DNA of 64,000 bases, from assembly GCA_024679065.1 (NCBI GenBank), contig JAGIQG010000009.1, positions 91,698,001-91,762,000 on the forward strand, in the 5' to 3' direction. Both the position numbers and the translations under genes were made by a program. The notes under the pieces are model-generated. The model was not told the DNA's origin. It saw only the letters and a list, made by a program, of their open reading frames with translations, and searched no databases. The stretch comes from Sphyrna mokarran. Taxonomy: Eukaryota. Positions 13,070 through 25,761 of this stretch are shown here, in pieces; position 1 is the first letter of the stretch; the number at the start of each line of letters is the position of its first letter.

Positions 13070-13337
13070 TTTTATTAGTCACAAGTGAGGCTTACATCAA
13101 CACTGCAATGAAATTACTGTGAAATTCTCCGAGTCCCCAACTGCGGCACCTGTTTGGGTTAATGAACCTAACCAGCACGACTTTTAGATTGTGGGAGGCA
13201 ACCAGAGGAATTTGCAGATCCTGCAGATACAGGAAGAACATGCAGACACCACACAGACCGTTACCCAAGCCAGGAATTGAACCCAGCTCCCTGGCACTAC
13301 AAGGAGCAGTGCTAACCACTGTGCCACCATGCTGCCA
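13070..13337 (-). mobile_element. HE1/V-SINE-type SINE
   Basis: ggcagcatggtggcacagtggttagcactgct...ggttcaattcc tRNA-like A/B boxes. Confidence 0.8.
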
Positions 13338-13618
13338 ATTGATGTGAAAATTAGAATAGTCCATTTGAAGCATTTTCCAATTGCTCCAAGCTTCTCTGCT
13401 CTGGGTGTTTGTACATCCTGCTGTCAGGAGAGCTGAACACCAATCTCATCAGAGTCTTCCACACTGTGCTGACTTCAGTGGTGTCAAATATCAGGCTGGC
13501 TGGATAACAGTGTCTAAGCAAACATCACCCACTTCAAACTCTCACCAAAAGATTCAAATTCAACCCAGAGAGAGAGAGAGAGAGAGAGTGAGAATGGGAG
13601 AGTGAATTCTGTACTTAC

Positions 13619-13670
13619 CGGGAGAGACCCAGGAAAAACACAGGGAGATGGAGAAAAGGATCAGCAACAT
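13619..13670 (-). CDS. Gene A leader (signal peptide) exon
   Basis: ATG...CCCG|gtaagt, 52 nt; MLLILFSISLCFSWVSP. Confidence 0.9.
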
Positions 13671-13809
13671 TCTGGGAATCCACTGTCTCAATTCCAATGG
13701 GAATTAAACACTCTGAGGAGGAAACTAACGCTGTTTATCGTGACACAATAAACAAAAAGTCCACGAAGATTCAGAAGGACATAAACAGTTCAGACCAGTC
13801 CTCTTATTT

Positions 13810-13962
13810 CCTCCTTTTACTGGTTTTTGTTTCCAGTTTGATCATTTCCTGAACTTAAACTTCCTGGACAAGTTCTGATTGGCTAGTCTCAGAAAAATAA
13901 CCAATGACAAAATGAAGAATGAAGTGTCAGCAGTTATCAGGCAGATTAAACTCAGACAGTTG
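13810..13962 (-). promoter_or_regulatory. Gene A SXY-like class I promoter module
   Basis: On minus strand: aactgtctg (S-like), cctgataac-tgctgaca (X1/X2-like), ATTGG (13901-13905), CCAAT (13878-13882); conserved in B and D. Confidence 0.65.
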
Positions 13963-13969
13963 TTATTCT

Positions 13970-14110
13970 CAGAAAATGCTGGAAAATCTTCGGAGGTCTG
14001 ACGGCATCTGTGGAGCGAGAATAGAGCCAATATTTCGAGTCTAGATGACTCTTCGTCAGAGCTGAAGGCAAAGAAAATAGGACAAGATTTATGCTGTAAG
14101 GGTGGGATGG
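13970..14110 (-). mobile_element. Penelope-associated terminal repeat with degenerate minimal hammerhead motif
   Basis: Minus strand: CTGACGA-a-GAGTC-atcta-GACTC-GAAA at ~14033-14059. Confidence 0.6.
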
Positions 14111-14469
14111 AGGGGGCTCTAATGGATAGGGATGGCAAAGATAAAAAGACAAAGGGAATGCAAATGGTGATGATAAATGCCAGGAATGGTGCCAAAGCAT
14201 CCATTAAGAGACCATATTGTGTAAACAGTAGAAGAGAGGCATAGAGTGTCAAACAACCTGAGGTATGTGGCAGATGGTCTTCATGTGGTGCAAAAAGGGA
14301 AAACAAGATGGAAAGTGAGATTTTAGAAGTGGAGGAATGAAACAATAGAAGAAAATAAAAATGACAATATGAATATAAAATAATAAAAATGGATGAATAA
14401 AATAAAATGAAATAAAATAAATGGAAATGGGTGAAGGTGAGGGAAGAGTTCATGCTCTGAAGACTGGGA

Positions 14470-16405
14470 ATGGTGAAGCCCTGGTCAAGAAGAAGAAGGA
14501 GGCACATGACAAGCATCGGCAGCTGGAATCAAGTCAATCCCTTGAAGAGTATAAGGGTGTAGGAGTTAAGAGAGAAATCAGGAGGGCAATAAAGAGCATG
14601 AGATTGTTTTTGCAGATAAGACAAAGGAGAATCCAAAGATCTTCTAAAAATACGTAAGGGGCAAAAGAGTAACAAGGGAGAGAGTAGGACATCTTAAGGA
14701 TCAACAAGGTCATCTGTGTGCAGGTCCACAAAAGATCCTAAATGAACTTTTCTCATCAATACTTACTGTTGAGAAAAGCATGGATGTGAGGGAATTTGGG
14801 GAAATAAGTAGTGATGTCTCGAGGAATGTACATATAACAGAAAAGAAGGTGCTGGAAGTCTTAAAGCACATCAAGGTAGATAACCCCTGGGACCTGATGA
14901 AGTGTATTCCAAAACATTGTGGGAGGCTGGGGAGGAAATTGTGTGTCCCCTGACAGAGATATTTGAATCATCAGTCACAGGTGAGGTGTCTGAAGATTGG
15001 AGGGTGGCAAATGTTGTGCTTTTGTTTAAGAAGGGCTGCAGGGAAAAGCTTGGGAATCACAGACCGGTGAGCCTCACAACTGTTATGGGTAAGTTGTTGG
15101 AAGGTATTTTGAGAGACAGGATGTACAGATGTTTAGAGAGGCAAGGACTGATTAGAGATAGCATGACTTTCTGAGTGGAAAATCATGTCTCACAAATTTG
15201 ATAGAGTTTTTTGAAAAGGTAATCAAGAAGGTAGATGAGGGCAGTGTTGTTGATGTTATCTACATGGATTTTTAGAAAAATCTTTGATAAGGTACCACAC
15301 GGTAGCTTGTTGTATAAGATTAAATCTCATGGGATCGAGGATGAGGTAGCTAAATGGATTCAAAACTGGCTTGTTGACAGAAGCCAGAGGGTGGTTGCAG
15401 AGGGTTGCTTTTCAAACTGGAGATGTGTGACCAGTGTGTGCCTCAGTGATCAGTGCTGGATTCATTATTATTTGTCTTTTATATGAAGATTTGGATGAGA
15501 ATATAGGAGGCATTGTTAGTACGTTTTTAGATGACACCAAGACTGGTGGCATAGAGAACAGTAAAGAAGGTTATCTATGATTGCAATGGGATCTTGATCA
15601 ATTGGGCCAGTGGACTGACGAATGGCAGGTGGGATTTAATTTAGATAAATGTGTTTTGGTAGATTGAAGCAGGGCAGGACTTACTCGATTAATGCTAGGG
15701 CACTAGGGAGAGTTATAGATCAAAAAGATCTAGGAATACGTGCTCAAAGCTCCTTGAAATTGGAGTCACAGGTAGACAAAATGATGAAGAAAGCGTTCAG
15801 TATGCTTGGTTTCATCAGTCAGAACTTTGAATACATGAGTTGGAATGTCTTGTTGAAGTTGTACAAGACATTAGAAAGGCCACACGTAGAATACTGTGTA
15901 CAATTCTGATCTCCCCATTATTAAATATTAAACTAGAAAGAGTGCAGAAACAAATTACTAGGATGCTACTAGGACTTGATGGTTTGAGTTATAAGGAGAG
16001 GCTGCATAGAGTGGAGCTTTTTTCTCTGCAGCAGAAGAGGCTGAGGAGTGATCTTATAGAGGTCCACAAGTAATGAGGGGCATAGTCAATATCTTTTCCC
16101 AAATGTACAGGAGTCTAAAACTAGAGAACACAGGTGTAAGATGAGAGGGGAGAGATACAAAAGGGTCCAGAGGGGCAATTTTTTCACACAGAGAATGGTG
16201 AGTGTCCAGAACAAGCTGCCAGAGGTAGTAGTAGAGGCAAGTACAATTTTACCTTTCAGACAGTTACATGGGTAAGATGAGTAAAGAGGGATCTGGACCA
16301 AACACAGGCAACTGGAACTAATTTAGGGTTTAAATAAAAAGGGGTGGCATGGACAAGTTGGGCCGAAGGGCCTATTTCCATGCTGTAAACCTCTATGACT
16401 TTATG
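14470..16405 (+). mobile_element. Decayed CR1 LINE (RT region and 3' tail)
   Basis: EDWRVANVV..RPVSLT, FDKVPHG, RPHVEYCVQF; ggccgaagggcc tail. Confidence 0.9.
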
Positions 16406-16654
16406 AAGCTGTTGAACTCAATGTTCAGTCAGGAATGTTGCAAAATTCCTAATTAAATTAGATGCTATTCTTCCAGTTTGCGTTGGACTCCCTGTGCCGT
16501 CTCTGCCCCCCTTTCTCCCATCCCACATGTATCCTTTTGTACACTCTCCTGTCAATCAGTGGGCATATAAAATGGCAAAGGATTGTTGTTGATGCAGTCT
16601 TAAATGGACTGAATGGCTTCCTTGTGCACTGTGGGCATTCTATGATTCAAATAT

Positions 16655-19090
16655 ATTGACAGGTTAGGTGAATGGGCAGCAAATTGGCAAATGGAATTCA
16701 ATGTGGAGAAATGTGAGCATGTTCATTTTGAATGAAGGAATGAGAAGGCAGATTATTATTTAAATGGAGAGAGACTGCAGAAAGTTGCAGCACAAAGGGA
16801 CTCAGGGGGCTCCTTGTTCATGAAACCCAAAAGCTAGCAATACAGGTACAGAAGGTAATAGGAATGGTAAATGGAATGTTGGCTATTATTTCAAGACAGC
16901 AGGAGCATAAAAGTAAAGAAGTATTGTTGCAACTGTACAAGTTACTAATGAGTCCACAATTATGATACTGTGTACAGAATTTGGTCCATTATTTAAGGAA
17001 ATATATATTGTCATTGGAGACAGTACAAGAGGAGACTTACTGGGATGATGCTTGGTACAGAGGGATTGCCATATAAGGACAACGGGTTGGGTCTGTACTC
17101 AGAGTTCAGAAGAATAAGAAGTGAAATAACTGAAACATTTAAAATCCTTAGGGGTTAGACAGGGTAAATGTTGAGAGGATATTTCCACTCATGAGAGAGC
17201 GTAGGACCAGAGGGCAGAGTCACAGAATAAGGGGATGATCATTTTAATTTGATTTGATTTCATTTATTATTGTCACATGTATTAACATATATTGAAAAAT
17301 ATTATTTCTTGCGCGCTATACAGACAAAACATACCATTCGTAGAGAAGGAAATGAGAGAGTGCAGAATGTAGTGTTATAGTCATAGCTAGAATCCAGAGA
17401 AAGATCAACTTAATGCAAAGTAAGTCTATTCAAAACTCTGACAGCAGCAGCAAAGAAGCTGTTCTTGAGTCCTTTGGTACATGACCTCAAACGTTTGTAT
17501 CTTTTTGCTGAAGGAATAAGGTAGAAGACAGAACATCCCCTGAACCTGATGGTTTTGCACTGATGATCTTAAAGGAGGGAACTACAGAGATTATGGATGC
17601 ATTAGTTGGCAGCTTCCAAATATCTTTAGATTCTGAAACTGTATCAAAGGATTAGAAACATGTCAACGTGGTGCCCATGTTCAAAAAGGGAAAGAGGCAA
17701 AATGTAAGAAACTACAGACCAGTTAGTTTAACTTTGCTTGTTGAAAATATTACTGAAGAGAGACTAGCAGGGCATCTGCATCAGCATCTGATCAAACACA
17801 TTTAGCATGGTTTCCTAAGGGAAAATAATATCTGTCAAATTTACCGAAATTCTTTGAGGAGGTACTAGCCAGAGTAAATAGAGGGGAACCAGTAAATGTT
17901 GTATATTTGGATTTTCAAAAGGCATTTGATAAGGTGCCATGCAAAAGGCTCCTGTACAAGATAGGAGCTCATGGTGTTGGAGGTAATATTGTGGCATGGA
18001 TAGAGGATTGGCTAATTAACAATTAATTAATTAACTAGAAGCAGCTAGTAGCTATAAGGGGATCTTTCTCAGGTTGGAGGGCAGTAACCAGGGGAGTGTC
18101 AGGTTAGGTTGAATGGATGGAAAAATTGATAAATGGAATTCAATGTGGAAAAATATGAGATTGTTCAGTTTGAATGATAGAATGAAGAATCTAACTCTGC
18201 CTTAAAAATATTCAAAGCTTCCACTGTCTTTGGAGAAAAAGAGATCCAGAGCATTCTGACCCTTTGAAAGAAAACATTTTTCCTCATCTCTGTCTTAAAC
18301 AGGGACCCCTTATTTTAAATGCAGACCCCAAGTTTAAGATCTACCTCAAGAGGATACATCCTCTCCACATCCATCCTGTCAATACCCCTCAAGCTCTTCC
18401 AATTCACTCCATGAACCCTTACACTGGGTTTTGTGTTCTTCAGGTACTCCTGTGTTCACTGACCTGTAAGTTCCCAGTAACCAATCCATAAGACCAGAAC
18501 ATATAGGATAAAGTGTTGGCCAGTCAGCCTTGCCATTCAATGATCCTGTTGTGATAACCCTCAACTCCACTTTCACACCTTATTCCCATAACCCTTCATT
18601 CCTTAACTCATTAACAATATGTCTATCTCAGCCTTGAACATACTGAATGACCCAGCCTCTGCAGTAAAGAATTGCAGAGAGACACTATGCACTGAGAAGA
18701 AATTCCTCCTCATGGGTGGTTCCTTACTCTTGAGATTCTGCCATGCGATTCTGGGCTATTCCACAAGAAGAAACAAACTCTCAGCATCTACCCTGTCAAG
18801 GCCCCTGAGGACTCAAATACCTCAATAAAATCACCTCTCATTCTTCTAAACTCTAATGAGTACAGATCCAATCTACTCACTTTCCTCATAAGAAAATCCC
18901 TCAACATCTGGGCTCAGCCTAGTGAACCTTTTCTAGGTTCAATGCCTCCAATGCCATTATATCTTTCCTTAGATAAGTGGATTAAAACTGTTCACGGTAT
19001 TCCAGAAGTGGTCTAATTCATGACTTGTACAGTTTTAGCAAACTTTCCCTATTGTTATATTCTGTTCCCTTTAAAATAAAGCCAGCATTT
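16655..19090. mobile_element. Mosaic of old CR1 and other LINE fragments on both strands
   Basis: Recognisable decayed RT stretches such as gcatttgataaggtgcc and caactgtacaag. Confidence 0.65.
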
Positions 19091-20319
19091 CTTCTGCCCT
19101 GGATTTTCATGGAACCATCGAATTCTTACAGTGTAGTTGGAGGCCATTTGGCCCATTGAATATGCACCAAATGAGCATCTTACTCAGGCCCAGGCTTAGT
19201 CCCTGCCCTATCTGCATGCACATACTCCATTAATATCCCTAACCGACATGTCTTGAGACACTAAGCAGCAGTGTAGCATGGCCAATCCATCTAACCTGCA
19301 CATCTTTTAATCTGTTTATTTATTCATGGGACTTGTGCTTTGCTGGCTGGCTAGCATTTATTGCCCATCCTTAGTTGCTTGACAGCAGTTAAACGTCAAC
19401 CACATTGCTGTGGCTCTGGAGTCACATGTAGGCCAGAAGGGGTAAGGACGGCAGATTTTTTCCCTAAAAGACATGAATGAACCTGATGAGGTTTTTCTGA
19501 CAATTAACGATGGTTTCCATCTTCATCAGTCGATTCTTAATTCCAGATAATTTTTATTGAGTTCAAATTCTGCCGTGATGAGATTTAAACGCGGAACCCC
19601 AAAATATAAACTGAGTTTCTCGATTAATAGTCTAGCAATAATACCACTAGGTCATTGCCTCCTTGTTGTCTGGATGTCGGCAAAATCCTGGCAAGATGAG
19701 ACTTGTTGCCCGTCGTTGGTTGTTTTATGTGGTGGAGGTGACAGATTTTGGAGGTGTTGTTGAAGAAGCTGTTAAGAGTTAATCTCAGAAGCACCTGATA
19801 CTGATGTGATGCTGGTGTAATGCAGCATGAGGAGCAGAGATCTGGAACAAAGGGAGAGTTTTAGCCTCATATAGAGATCCTAATTTATATATTGAAGCTA
19901 TAAATACAGAGGAATGGTTTTAATAAGCTACAAATTACTTTGGGAGTTAGATAAGCTCCAAAGAATCCCACCTATACCTCAAACACTCAACGGAACAGCA
20001 ACCTTGGTGAGTTGCTGCAGTGGATCTTGAGAATTTTAAAATTGAGATCTCTCCATATCCTCGCCATTCCCATTTCTATAATCTTCTCCAGCTTTATAAA
20101 CTCTTGTGTTCCTCTCATTCTGATCTCCAGTGTGAGGAATTAGAATCTCCCCCACACTGGGAACTGTGGAAAGAGTAACCTCATCCTTCACTCTAATCCT
20201 CTCCTGATACCTCTCTGCAGCCTTTCTTTAAAACATTCCTTCAATCCTACAACTTTGAGGCAGTTTTTGTGCGCTGAGCTGTATGCGTCTCCAGGTCAAC
20301 CTTTTATAAAGCTGTCCTT

Positions 20320-20570
20320 GCGCAGGTTTTACTTTGTGAAAAGCGCTGGATAAAGATTAGATTTTCTTCAGCCTGAATCTGTCTGAGTTTGATCTTCCTG
20401 GGAACTAGTAAGAGACTGACTGGTTAGTCTCAGAAAATTTTTCAATTAAAGAGATAAACAGTCAGTCATCCTCTGATTCTGCAAGAAGGAAATGAGGAAA
20501 GTTTGATTTAGATGGGAAAATGGAGTTTGCATAAAGTTTTTGTTTTCCTCCCAGTTTATAAAAGTTGTTT
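20320..20570 (+). promoter_or_regulatory. Degenerate promoter of pseudogene C (paralog of gene D promoter)
   Basis: Aligns to 47325-47580; ISRE and X2 mutated; Y/CCAAT segment inverted. Confidence 0.65.
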
Positions 20571-20629
20571 CCTCCTCAGAGTGTTTAATTCCCAGTCACT
20601 GATTGGAATCGAGACAGTGTATTCCCAGA

Positions 20630-20679
20630 ATTTTGCTGATCCTTTTCTCCATTTCCGTGTTTTTACTGGGTCTTTCCTG
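20630..20679 (+). pseudogene. Pseudogene C leader exon
   Basis: Homolog of A/D leader with ATG>ATT, 50 nt versus 52; donor gtaagt retained. Confidence 0.85.
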
Positions 20680-22959
20680 GTAAGTACAGAATTCACTCTT
20701 CCATTCTCACTCTGTCTCTCACTCTGGGGTGAATTTGAATCTTTTGGTGAGAGTTTGGAATGGGTGATGTTTCCTCAGACGCTGTTATACAGCCAGCCAG
20801 CCAGATATTTGACACCATTGAAGTCAGCATAGTGTGGAAGAGTTTGATGGGATTTAGTGTCCAGGACATGTAGACACATGAAGGGCTGGTTCCTGGAATA
20901 AAGGGATTGTCTTATGAGGAAAAGGTCAGGCTTGTATCCATTAGAGTTTGGAAGAATGAGAGGTGACCTTATTGAAACAGAGAAGATTCTGAGGAGAATT
21001 GACAAGATGGATCTGAAAAGATGTTCCCCTTCTGGAGGAGATGAGAGCTGGGGGAACAGACTAAAACTGAGATCAGAGAAGCTGGGAACAAATAGAAAAT
21101 GATTCCAAAGGACAATGTTAATTTTCACATAATTGGAGGAAGCAATAGCTGTGACAATGGTGATTTTCTATGATGTTTACCGGGTAGTTTTCAATATGTT
21201 TTGTAAAGTGACAAGTATAAAGTTGTACTGGATTTAGTGATAAAGAAATAAACCATCATTAATATAAAATCAGGGCAGCAAAGTGAACAAATCCCAAACA
21301 GTGAACATCGCATGGTAGAGTTTTATGTTTAGCTCGAGGTGGAGAAAATTCCTCACCTTGAATCTAAGTTTAAGAAAGGCTGAGACTTCCCCAGACTGAG
21401 AATGAAGCTGAGCCTGTGAACTTAGGCCCGGTTGTCAGGAACAGACCTACAGAGAAAAGTGAGAGCTGTTTAAAGGAGAATATAGTACAGGACAAGGCCA
21501 AAATATTCCCATAAAGGGCAACAACTTCACTTTGCTGACAATTAAAGTCCAAATATAAAGATTCAGGACATGGTTCAACATAGATACAGAAACAAGGGCA
21601 AACGTGGAAAGGTCCAGAAACAGAGCAACAACGAGGAACAGAGATTAAATTAAGGGTTGCAGTAAGGGACATGGGGAACACGTTCAGCTAATATAAAGGC
21701 TAATAGTAAAATACTAACAATAAATGAGTGATTCTGGGAGATACGGAACTATTAAAGATGACAGAAAGAGCTGTAGATAATGCAGGAGATTTATTAACCA
21801 AGTATTTGTGCTAATTATCAGCATAGAGGAAAAAATAAAATATCAGCTGTTGAGAATATATTAAAATCTATACCTTGATTTGGGAGCAGTGATGTTAGAT
21901 TCCAAAGTTACCAATGTATTTTTACAAAAGCTGCAAGAGAGAAAGCAGATACAGAAAAATTTTGACCTTAGACAACATCACGATGCACCAAAGCTCTTTC
22001 CAGCCAATGAAATACTTTTTCTAGTGTTCTCACTGTTAGGCAGCTAAGTGTATGCACAGCAAGATCCCACAAATTTGGATTAGCCAATCTACATGAATGA
22101 TGCTGTCTCAGGGATCAGTATTGATCTAGTTTATGATTACCCTGCTCTGTCCTAGGATATATTACATTAATCTGAGAGGACAGTTCTCCCTCAGGACTGA
22201 TCCTCTGACAGTGCAGCACTCTGTCAGTAATACACTGTGCGTGTAGCCCAGTCTCTGTGCTCAAGTCTTTGGGATGGTGAATTCCATCCACAACTGTAAT
22301 AGCATGGTCCTTCAAGAGTGGCATTTCTCAAGAGCCACATGATCAGTTTGGATCCTATGGATTGCCAAGGTGGGAGGTTGAGCCGATCGGCAGGTCGGCA
22401 CGCACCACAGGTCTCACAATTGGACCCTACAATCGGAAAAATCAAAAAAAGATGAAATATCTGCAGAAGACAAGAGGAAGATTATTTTGCTGACAGTTTG
22501 TAGCCCACAGACTGACCGTTTAGTGAGAGCATTAACACCACCAAATCCTTCAGGCACCAAGGGGACAACTTACCAAAAAAATTCCAAATCCAAACAAGCA
22601 TGAAAACAGGAGAAATCCATGCCTTTTTTGAGCGACTGAGCAATTCTCTATTCTCACTGTCAGTGGCAGCGAGGTAGTGGCATGAGAGACTGGAGAATTC
22701 CACCCCTTAATTCTGTTTCTTTCCATGCAGATACTGCCAGACCCCTGCGTGTGTTTTTCCAACACTTTCTGCTTCTAATTCCAGTTTCCAGCACCTGCAC
22801 TTTCTTATTTTACAGACGCTAACACATTGAGAGGAACTTTCACTGTATGTGGGATCTTCCTGGGGTTTCTGCTATTACTCTGGTTAGTGATGTCCACCTA
22901 GATTATTCTGATACTTATGTTGGTTTTATTAAAACTTTATTTATCTTTTTCCCTTACAA

Positions 22960-23212
22960 ACACTAACTCACACACAGTGATATACACTGCCATCTCTGGC
23001 ATTGAAGATTTTCCTCAGGTACAACTTTTGCGATGATCAATGGTGTCCACATAGGATATAGTAATAACCATCACTGCATTCCCAGGCAGAAGTTCATGAC
23101 TGAAACTTTTGACAATGAATTCTGGGACTATCTCACAGAACTGGTGAACTCATACTCAGATCTGCCACAGGAGAATCTGAACATGGTCATGAAATCATAA
23201 ACCAAATATCTG
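22960..23212 (+). pseudogene. Pseudogene C MHC class I alpha1 exon (A/B family)
   Basis: TNSHTVIYTAISGIEDFPQ/TTFAMINGVHIGY..SNNHHCIPRQKFMTETFDNEFWDYLTELVNSYSDLPQENLNMVMKS/NQISG|gtaag; acceptor AG>AA and two frameshifts; no downstream alpha2 found. Confidence 0.88.
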
Positions 23213-23436
23213 GTAAGATCAGGCAGAGAGAATCAGCATGTCAATGTACAACCTTACACTGAACTCAGTCTCCCAGCACTGACCCCCTGGGACACTGAAC
23301 TCAGTCTCTCAGTTCACATTGGATTGAACCTCAGCAACTGCCCATTCCAATCGTCACAAGCTGCTGAGTGAATGAATTAAACCTTTCCTGTGAAATCAGT
23401 GAAGAAGAATTCAGGCAAATCAAACACCGACGATTA

Positions 23437-23442
23437 TTTATT
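23437..23442 (-). terminator. Candidate polyadenylation signal of gene B
   Basis: AATAAA on minus strand after an AT-rich 3' UTR-like stretch. Confidence 0.55.
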
Positions 23443-23770
23443 GATTACAATCCACAATTATCAGGGTCACAGTGAAACATTGATAATATAAAATAAGACT
23501 TTCCTACATAAATATGTTTTAACTGATAAAGGTATAAAACAGATGAAATATAACATTACATAAAGTGCAAAATAAGTCAGTTTCAATCAATATAAAATGT
23601 TGCTTTGAGTCTCCTCACTACATTCACTCAGTTCAGGTTAACCACTTGAACCAAACAAGTTGCTGATGATAAGAGAGTTCAAGGGAAAAATCATCCCTGA
23701 AGATCCTGTCGACTGTGAGAGGCGTCACACTGCTGATACTGGACAGAAATGCTACTTGAGAGAGACTCAC

Positions 23771-23803
23771 CTAAAGAATCAGATCCGGGATCCACTATTC
23801 AAT
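23771..23803 (-). CDS. Gene B candidate distal cytoplasmic exon
   Basis: tttccacag|ATTGAATAGTGGATCCCGGATCTGATTCTTTAG|gtgagt, 33 nt. Confidence 0.6.
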
Positions 23804-24976
23804 CTGTGGAAACACATTCCCAGGAAAATTAGGTCTCAGTCAAAGAGCTGAGTGTAAACAATGATGTGTAATTGTGTGTCTGTTGTGATATGGAAGGATG
23901 GACAATGATGTCCATATTCACACTAGAACAGACCAATCCAGTTATTCATCAATGAGGCTCTGGGAATGTCCTTTACTGAAGTCCAGTAAACCCACGAGGT
24001 AAGGAATGGACAGAAACAAGACAATCGGTTCAGGGTCAGGAGGGAGTAAAATTAGTCTGACAGGTTTTAAGTGTTTGGGAGGGCGAGATAGGGTCAGGAG
24101 GGAATGAAATTAGTTTGACAGGTTTTAACAGTGTCTGGGAGCCTGAGAAAGGGCAGGGGGGGGTGATATTAATGGCAGATCAATTAAAACATCACTTACT
24201 GAATCAGGAAGGTTCTGGAACAGGGAGATCAGAAGCTAAGAAGATAAAAACAGAATGTGAGTAATGATATAAAATATAAAAATGATGGAAGCGATCCTAC
24301 CAAAAAAATTCTGAGTGCTGAAAGAGCATTAAAATAAGAAAGAATCACTTTTTGGGACAAGCTCTGAGATGCAATCATATGATACTTAAAAGAAAAAGGC
24401 AAAAGTGTGATTCTCACCCATAGGGGGAGTAGATGGATTGCATTCACGCCAGGAAGCCATTTGCAGACTGCTAGAGGGTGCTATTGCACATGTACCCTGA
24501 TCTTCCAGTGGATTATGCACACACCAATTGCAGCCCCAAATGTCGCTCCTATTTCCTTCCCCCACCTCAGCCGGTAGCTGCATATTTCCACCTATCCTGG
24601 CCAATCGCCGCCCCCAATTTCCCACCAGACCCAGCTGATCACCTCCCCAGTTCCCTGCCCTTCCCCAACAGGCACCGCTCCTTGTTTTCTGCGCCCCTTC
24701 CACTCCGGACGATCGTCACACCTCATTTCCCCCGTCATGCAAGGTGAGGGAGTAGAATTGATGGTGTGGAAGCAGAGGGAGAGGGAGCAAAGGGTGAGAA
24801 ATTGGAAAGTGAGGGAGGAGAAGTTGAAGAGTTCAAGGTGTGGGAATGGAGGGGGAGGGTGAGGGCTCCCCCCACCCCTCTTCATGTAGTAACCCTGAGC
24901 TACTCCCATGGAAAATTTAATTCCACAACTTTCAATCTCTATCATATTCCCAATAATCTGTCCCTCAGTCACTTAC

Positions 24977-25009
24977 TGGGAGCTGTTGTGTACGTCCGAC
25001 TTGGTGAAT
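24977..25009 (-). CDS. Gene B cytoplasmic exon
   Basis: ttctgcag|...CCCA|gtaagt, 33 nt; phase-1 reading DSPSRTYTTAP. Confidence 0.75.
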
Positions 25010-25233
25010 CTGCAGAAGTGAAATAAATGTCAGTTAGAATGGGGAATAATCCATTCTCAGAGAGTGAGAACACAACAAGTGTGAGGGAATGGAGACTGTG
25101 TGAGAAATACTCATCCTCACACTCCCCTCCATCCTTACACTTTATGGAGATCCTGTAGATCTCTTCCATTCCATCCATATTCAGTAGGTGAGGATGTGAG
25201 TGTGTGCGGTGGCTTTAACAATCAATATTATAC

Positions 25234-25243
25234 CTGGTCTGCC
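25234..25243 (-). CDS. Gene B candidate 10-nt micro-exon
   Basis: ttttcctttgtgtggtcag|GGCAGACCAG|gtataa. Confidence 0.4.
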
Positions 25244-25375
25244 CTGACCACACAAAGGAAAATCAGACAGGGAACAAGATGTGTTTATCTGTGTGTTGGA
25301 ATTAAATCAGTTCATTTAACATACTGTTCCTGTGTCTCGGTATTGGAGATTCCCCACATTCACTCTGTCCCCTTT

Positions 25376-25607
25376 GGGTGACACAGTAGCACAATAGTGA
25401 GCACTACTGTACCAGGGACCAGTCACTGGCTTGGTGACTGTTTGTGCAGACTCTGCACATTCTCCCCATGTCCCTCTGGGCATTCTGGTTTCCTCCCCCT
25501 ATAGTCTGCAAGCCACATTGGTTAGATGCATTGACCATGCTAAGTTCTTCCTCAGTGTACCGTAACGGGCACCAGCATCTGGCGACTAGAGGATTTTCAC
25601 AGTAAAA
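25376..25607 (+). mobile_element. SINE inserted in gene B only
   Basis: Absent at the homologous gene A site (ctctgtcccctcagttctacattc, ~483-506). Confidence 0.75.
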
Positions 25608-25641
25608 CTTAGTTCTACATTCCCCTCTCTCTGATTCTTAC

Positions 25642-25761
25642 CTCTCTGCTGTCTTTTCCAGATGATTATTCCAATTATCCCAAATATAACAGCCAGTGCT
25701 GGGATCACTGCTCCAATTATTATCCCAAGATGGGAGTGTCCCCCACTGTTTTCCCGGATTT
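25642..25761 (-). CDS. Gene B connecting peptide/transmembrane exon
   Basis: 120 nt, phase 1; EIRENSGGHSHLGIIIGAVIPALAVIFGIIGIIIWKRQQR (3-aa GII insertion versus A). Confidence 0.92.
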
